From an uncultured Planctomycetia bacterium (lineage in GTDB: Bacteria; Omnitrophota; Gorgyraeia; Gorgyraeales; Gorgyraeaceae): a stretch of DNA of 64,000 nucleotides. Positions 59,977 to 64,000 of this stretch are shown here, piece after piece (position 1 is the stretch's first letter; each line of letters starts with the position of its first letter). The position numbers and the translations under genes were made by a program. The stretch is taken from positions 752 to 64,751 of the forward strand of contig CAYPYS010000006.1 of NCBI GenBank assembly GCA_964415355.1, read 5' to 3'. The notes below the pieces were generated by a model. That model was not told the DNA's origin, did no database searches, and saw nothing but the letters and a program-made list of their open reading frames with translations.

Positions 59977-60915
59977 ATGCCAAGTCTACATGAGATCCCC
60001 CAGAAATTAATAGACAATATTTCCAAGGTAATAGTAGGGAAGCTCGAGGTCATACAGCTTGTCGTGGCAGGCTTGCTTAGCAACGGTCATGTTCTTTTAG
60101 AAGATGTGCCAGGTCTGGGCAAGACAATGCTTTCGCGCTCCCTTGCAAAATCCATAGCAGCAAATTTCAAAAGATTACAATTTACTCCTGATCTTTTGCC
60201 GTCTGATGTGACAGGCGTTTCTATATATAATCAAAAGAGTCAGGAGTTTGAGTTCAGGAAAGGACCTATATTCGCGAACATAGTGCTTGCTGATGAAATA
60301 AACCGCACGACGCCCAGGACGCAGTCAGCTCTTCTGGAGGCCATGCAGGAGTTCAAAGTGACTGTTGATGGCACGTTGAGAGAATTGCCTCGGCCATTTT
60401 TTGTCATAGCCACCCAGAATCCCATAGAATTTCACGGCACTTATCCTCTCCCTGAATCTCAAGTGGATAGATTTTTGATGCAGCTCGATGTAGGATATCC
60501 GTCTGACAAGGAAGAGACAGATATCCTGGCCAGGAATCTTAAGGAGTCTCCCCTGGAGAGATTGCAGAGCGTGGTTAAGATAGAAGAGATCGTCGAATTG
60601 CAGAATGTGGTGAGCGTGGTCCATGTCGAGAATAAAATATACGATTATATAGTCAAGATAGTTTCGACAACGAGAAATCTACCAGGCGATATTAAACTGG
60701 GCGCAAGTCCTCGCGCGTCTCTCGCGCTAATGCGCTCCGCAAGAGCCCTGGCGTTTCTTGACAAGAGAGATTATGTGATACCCGATGATGTAAAGAGATT
60801 GGCTTATCCTGTCTTAAGGCACAGACTTATATTGCAGCCGAGGTCCATAGTGCGCGGCCTTAATACCAGGGATATCGTGAATCATATATTGAAAAAAGTA
60901 ACCGCTCCGGTTTGA
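59977..60915 (+). CDS. moxR: MoxR family AAA+ ATPase
   Basis: LEDVPGLGKT, QFTPDLLPSD, LADEINR and ATQNPIE..GTYPLPE. Confidence 0.93.
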   Translation: MPSLHEIPQKLIDNISKVIVGKLEVIQLVVAGLLSNGHVLLEDVPGLGKTMLSRSLAKSIAANFKRLQFTPDLLPSDVTGVSIYNQKSQEFEFRKGPIFANIVLADEINRTTPRTQSALLEAMQEFKVTVDGTLRELPRPFFVIATQNPIEFHGTYPLPESQVDRFLMQLDVGYPSDKEETDILARNLKESPLERLQSVVKIEEIVELQNVVSVVHVENKIYDYIVKIVSTTRNLPGDIKLGASPRASLALMRSARALAFLDKRDYVIPDDVKRLAYPVLRHRLILQPRSIVRGLNTRDIVNHILKKVTAPV

Positions 60916-60919
60916 GCAT

Positions 60920-62149
60920 ATGTTTACCCCAAAAAGCATATTTCTGCTCATAGTAACCATCGCCCTCCTTGCCATTTCATGGAATACAGACATAACAATG
61001 GTGTACATTTTTTTTACAGTGACGCTTGTTATGTTTGTGCTTTCTTTTGTACACCTCCAGATCACTAAGCCTGATATAGTTATTTCTCGTGAATTATATG
61101 ACACTGCATATGAAGATGATATGCTGAGTGTAAATCTAGATGTGCATAATAAACGTGGTTTCGCTGTTCATTTTTTTGAGATCTGCGATTTTTTTCCAGG
61201 TGCTCCTTTGGATAAAAAAGAGGCGTCTTTATTTGTTTTAAAAATGGAGTCGAATGAGCGCAAAAAAATAAACTATATAACGACCTGTTACAAAAGAGGG
61301 CTCTGGAGGATCGGCCCTATATCAGTTATTTCACAGGACGCGCTCGGGTTTTTTAAGACAAAAAAGCTATTAAAGATTTATTCGGATATTCTGGTTTATC
61401 CGAGATTGTTCAGGGTATTTGCTTTTCCGCCGCTCGCGAGCGGCTCTGCGTCCTGGGTAGGCGTTGAGACATCTAAGATAAGCGGCGACAGTCATGAATT
61501 TTTTGGTATAAGGGAATACCAGCGCGGAGACATGATCAGTCGTATTCATTGGCCTTCGTCGGCAAAGCACAACAAGCTTATCGTGAAACAGTTTGAACGA
61601 AATGCTGTCCAGGAAGTGACGATAGCGTTTGATTTAAAGAAAGGCCATGACATTGGAACCGGCAGAGAGACGACGTTGGAATATGCAGTCAAGATAGCAG
61701 GGTCTATTGCGTCGTATCTTTTAAACGAAGGCGCGCTCGTGCAGATGGTCGGGTATGGCAAGGAGTCGTCGATCCTGCCTTTAGGAAAAGGTGAGTCGCA
61801 CAAGTATAAGATCCTGGAATATCTGGCAAAGATTCAGGCCGACGGCGATTTTAAACTCAGCCAGGCTCTGGATGAAGCGAGTTTTGTTGTTCCTCATCGC
61901 TCAACATTGGTGACTATTATACTGGATAATGATATAGATAGCCTGACCAGCCTTATTCAGTTTAAGGTCAAAGGTATAAAACTCATAATTATCGTGCTGG
62001 CTACTTCGACATTCGGTCCTATTGAAGAAAAGGATTTTATGGATGCGGAACGGGCCAGGAAATTTGACGAGGCCTTAGCCGGACTCGAGGCGTATGTATA
62101 CAAGATCTCCAAAGGAGAGGTCCTGGAGAAAAAGTTTGAGACACTGTAA
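60920..62149 (+). CDS. DUF58 domain protein
   Basis: EFFGIREYQRGD...IHW.SSAK...LIVKQFE; follows moxR. Confidence 0.88.
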   Translation: MFTPKSIFLLIVTIALLAISWNTDITMVYIFFTVTLVMFVLSFVHLQITKPDIVISRELYDTAYEDDMLSVNLDVHNKRGFAVHFFEICDFFPGAPLDKKEASLFVLKMESNERKKINYITTCYKRGLWRIGPISVISQDALGFFKTKKLLKIYSDILVYPRLFRVFAFPPLASGSASWVGVETSKISGDSHEFFGIREYQRGDMISRIHWPSSAKHNKLIVKQFERNAVQEVTIAFDLKKGHDIGTGRETTLEYAVKIAGSIASYLLNEGALVQMVGYGKESSILPLGKGESHKYKILEYLAKIQADGDFKLSQALDEASFVVPHRSTLVTIILDNDIDSLTSLIQFKVKGIKLIIIVLATSTFGPIEEKDFMDAERARKFDEALAGLEAYVYKISKGEVLEKKFETL

Positions 62150-62151
62150 GT

Positions 62152-62192
62152 TCTAACTTTACATTTCAACAACGTTAAAGTGTAAAGTTACG
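62152..62192 (-). repeat. Family A palindrome (AAC loop, TAAC...GTTA variant)
   Basis: TCTAACTTTACATTTCAAC aac GTTAAAGTGTAAAGTTACG. Confidence 0.93.
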
Positions 62193-62202
62193 GATGTGAG
62201 AC

Positions 62203-63852
62203 ATGGATAGAGACGCATTATATTTTCATATTTCAAATCTTATCCTGGTTCTTCTAGCGCTGGTAAGCATAGGACCTGTTTTAAATCCTTTTATCGCAAT
62301 GATTCTGATTCCCGGCACTATCGTTGGTTTTATTGTAAGCTGGCAGATAAAGGAACGCAGGCCGCAGCAGATAGATACATTTATCGGGATGCTTTCTCTC
62401 GCCGCCATTATCATTATCTTTGGACGGTTATACGATACAGCTATCGTAGTCGATAATCTCCTGAAGATTTTTTCTTTGGCCTTAGCATGGCTTACATTTT
62501 TTCAAAGCTTCGGCCTTAAAACCGGCAAAAGCTATGCGATGATGCAATTTATATCAGTAAGTTTATTACTGTCGTCTGTTGGCCTGGCCCTCGAGCAAGA
62601 GGCGTTTTACATGGTGCTCCTTACCGTTTTTCTCTTTGTGTTTATTTTTACTATGCGGTTGAATTTGGTGTGCGATAAAAAACGCAAGGGTTCTCATATC
62701 ATAGGTTATCAGCGCGAGATAATGAGCCTGCCTCAGCAGATAAAAACAGTTTCTCTTATGTTTTCGTTTATCTTGATAGTCGCTTCTTTTGTGTATCCGC
62801 TTGTCCCTAGATTTGAAAATATTTCTTTCAGACAGATACCGTCTTCTCTCGTAGGATTTCCTGAGCAGGTGCCTTTGCTCAAGATGTTTGTTAGTGCGCC
62901 GAAAACCGTAGAGGATGACAAAAAGGCCAAAGAAGCGCAATTTGTTGATGACCAGAGCAGGATAAGAGAAATAAATGACAAGAAAACAAGGGATGGCGAT
63001 AACCAAAAAGATTCCGAAGGCAAAGTCGATGGTTCTATTATTACTAGATTCCCGTCAGAGGGCTTTGATGAGAGCATAGATATATTTCAGATAGAATCCC
63101 TTACTATAGATTCAGATAAAGAAGAGGTGGCAGCCGGAGGGCAATGCAATCTCAGCGCAGAAATAAAACTGATAGACGGCTCAGTTATTCCAGTGACCGA
63201 GATCGTTGACTGGAAGGTGACCGGTTCTAAAAAGGTTTCTGTGGATAGAGGTATTCTGGTCCCAAAGGAAAAAGGCCGCATAAGCATTTCAGCCTCATAT
63301 CTGGGTAGTTTTAGCAATGATGTAGACATAAAAGTAACAGAGGCCCTGGGGGCGCAGAGAAAAATAGATTGGATGCGTAGAACGTGGACGATTTTAGCAT
63401 GGTTGATTATATTTGCCTTGCTTGGCTTGTTTTTCTGGGCTTTTATAAGGAGCAGCAGATTAAGAGAGCTGGCGATCAAGGATCCGCGGGAGTTCATAAA
63501 AGAGATATATGTCACGCTGTGCAGGGGATTTAAGATCTATGGCATCCCCAGGCTGGATTGCTTTGCCCATAGAGAATTTTTTGAATTTTCTAAAAAACTT
63601 GTATATTCAAAGCCAGAGCCGTTGTGTATTATGACTGAGAATGTGCTGGAGGCGCGTTTTTCCGCTCATGATATTTCCGCAGAGCATTCGAAGAAAATAT
63701 TGGGATTATTCCATGATGTCAGGAGGATAGTTCTTGGCAGGCCCGGATTTAAAGAGAGCGGGAAGAAATTCTTATTCACCTTGCTCATGTTGGATGTCCT
63801 GATGCTGGGGCAATTTATTGCATGTCATTCCCGTGCAAACGGGAATCCATAA
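62203..63852 (+). CDS. Membrane protein: TgpA-like N-terminal TM domain, Ig-like (Big_2) domain and DUF4129-like C-terminus
   Basis: About 7 TM helices, a beta-rich IESLTI...VDWKV...ISASY segment, one TM helix and a C-terminal EARFS; third gene of the MoxR-DUF58 operon. Confidence 0.6.
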   Translation: MDRDALYFHISNLILVLLALVSIGPVLNPFIAMILIPGTIVGFIVSWQIKERRPQQIDTFIGMLSLAAIIIIFGRLYDTAIVVDNLLKIFSLALAWLTFFQSFGLKTGKSYAMMQFISVSLLLSSVGLALEQEAFYMVLLTVFLFVFIFTMRLNLVCDKKRKGSHIIGYQREIMSLPQQIKTVSLMFSFILIVASFVYPLVPRFENISFRQIPSSLVGFPEQVPLLKMFVSAPKTVEDDKKAKEAQFVDDQSRIREINDKKTRDGDNQKDSEGKVDGSIITRFPSEGFDESIDIFQIESLTIDSDKEEVAAGGQCNLSAEIKLIDGSVIPVTEIVDWKVTGSKKVSVDRGILVPKEKGRISISASYLGSFSNDVDIKVTEALGAQRKIDWMRRTWTILAWLIIFALLGLFFWAFIRSSRLRELAIKDPREFIKEIYVTLCRGFKIYGIPRLDCFAHREFFEFSKKLVYSKPEPLCIMTENVLEARFSAHDISAEHSKKILGLFHDVRRIVLGRPGFKESGKKFLFTLLMLDVLMLGQFIACHSRANGNP

Positions 63853-63889
63853 ATACCGTTATATAGATTCCCGCTTTCGCGGGAATGAC
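63824..63889. repeat. Inverted doublet of family B repeats (REPIN-like)
   Basis: GTCATTCCCGTGCAAACGGGAATCCA (63824-63849, reverse) + 14 bp + TAGATTCCCGCTTTCGCGGGAATGAC (63864-63889). Confidence 0.9.
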
Positions 63890-63899
63890 AAAGAAGCTC

Positions 63900-63928
63900 T
63901 TGACTTAAAGGCGATATTGCTGTATTAT
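63900..63928 (+). promoter_or_regulatory. Putative sigma70 promoter
   Basis: TTGACT-17bp-TATTAT, followed by a GGAGGT RBS. Confidence 0.6.
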
Positions 63929-63963
63929 ACAAAAATTAAATTAAAAAAACGGAGGTAGGTACA

Positions 63964-64000
63964 ATGGGTATGTGGGTTGGAAGGGGAAGAAAGGCTCGCA
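63964..64000 (+). CDS. Start of the next gene (truncated by window edge)
   Basis: ATG 63964 after GGAGGTAGGT; frame open to the end of the window. Confidence 0.5.
   Translation, partial: MGMWVGRGRKAR

Overview
Bacterial window (a diderm, judging by the TonB-dependent receptor and TonB) in which every credible gene is on the + strand. Bases 1-47.7 kb are a very large surface-glycan biosynthesis and decoration locus. It encodes many GT2, GT4 and GT-C glycosyltransferases, nucleotide-sugar enzymes, about 9 class I methyltransferase domains, 4 B12-binding radical SAM enzymes, AsnB, an AlgI/AlgJ-like O-acetylation pair and a WecA-like initiator. Bases 47.7-57.7 kb hold cobO and a cobalamin-riboswitch-controlled corrinoid uptake and salvage operon (btuFCD, cobC, cobU, cobT, cobS, a Dph6-like ligase, btuB), followed by tonB. 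CIRCE-controlled groES-groEL and a MoxR-DUF58-membrane protein operon end the window. The most striking non-coding signal is a dispersed 41-bp palindrome, family A (CTTAAGTTTACATTTCAAC-GTT/AAC-GTTGAAATGTAAACTTAAG). I found 18 copies, all at gene junctions and in both orientations. They show compensatory base changes, often supply the upstream stop codon, and three end 9-10 bp upstream of a TTGACA box. One copy (51274-51421) is split by a 92-bp hairpin insert flanked by a 15-bp duplication centred exactly on the palindrome axis, which suggests a site-specific integration system that targets these palindromes. A second 26-bp REP/dRS3-like repeat, family B, occurs only right of 42.4 kb and is translated inside several proteins. 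No transposase or integrase gene is visible in the window. All protein calls come from motif recognition, not database searches.
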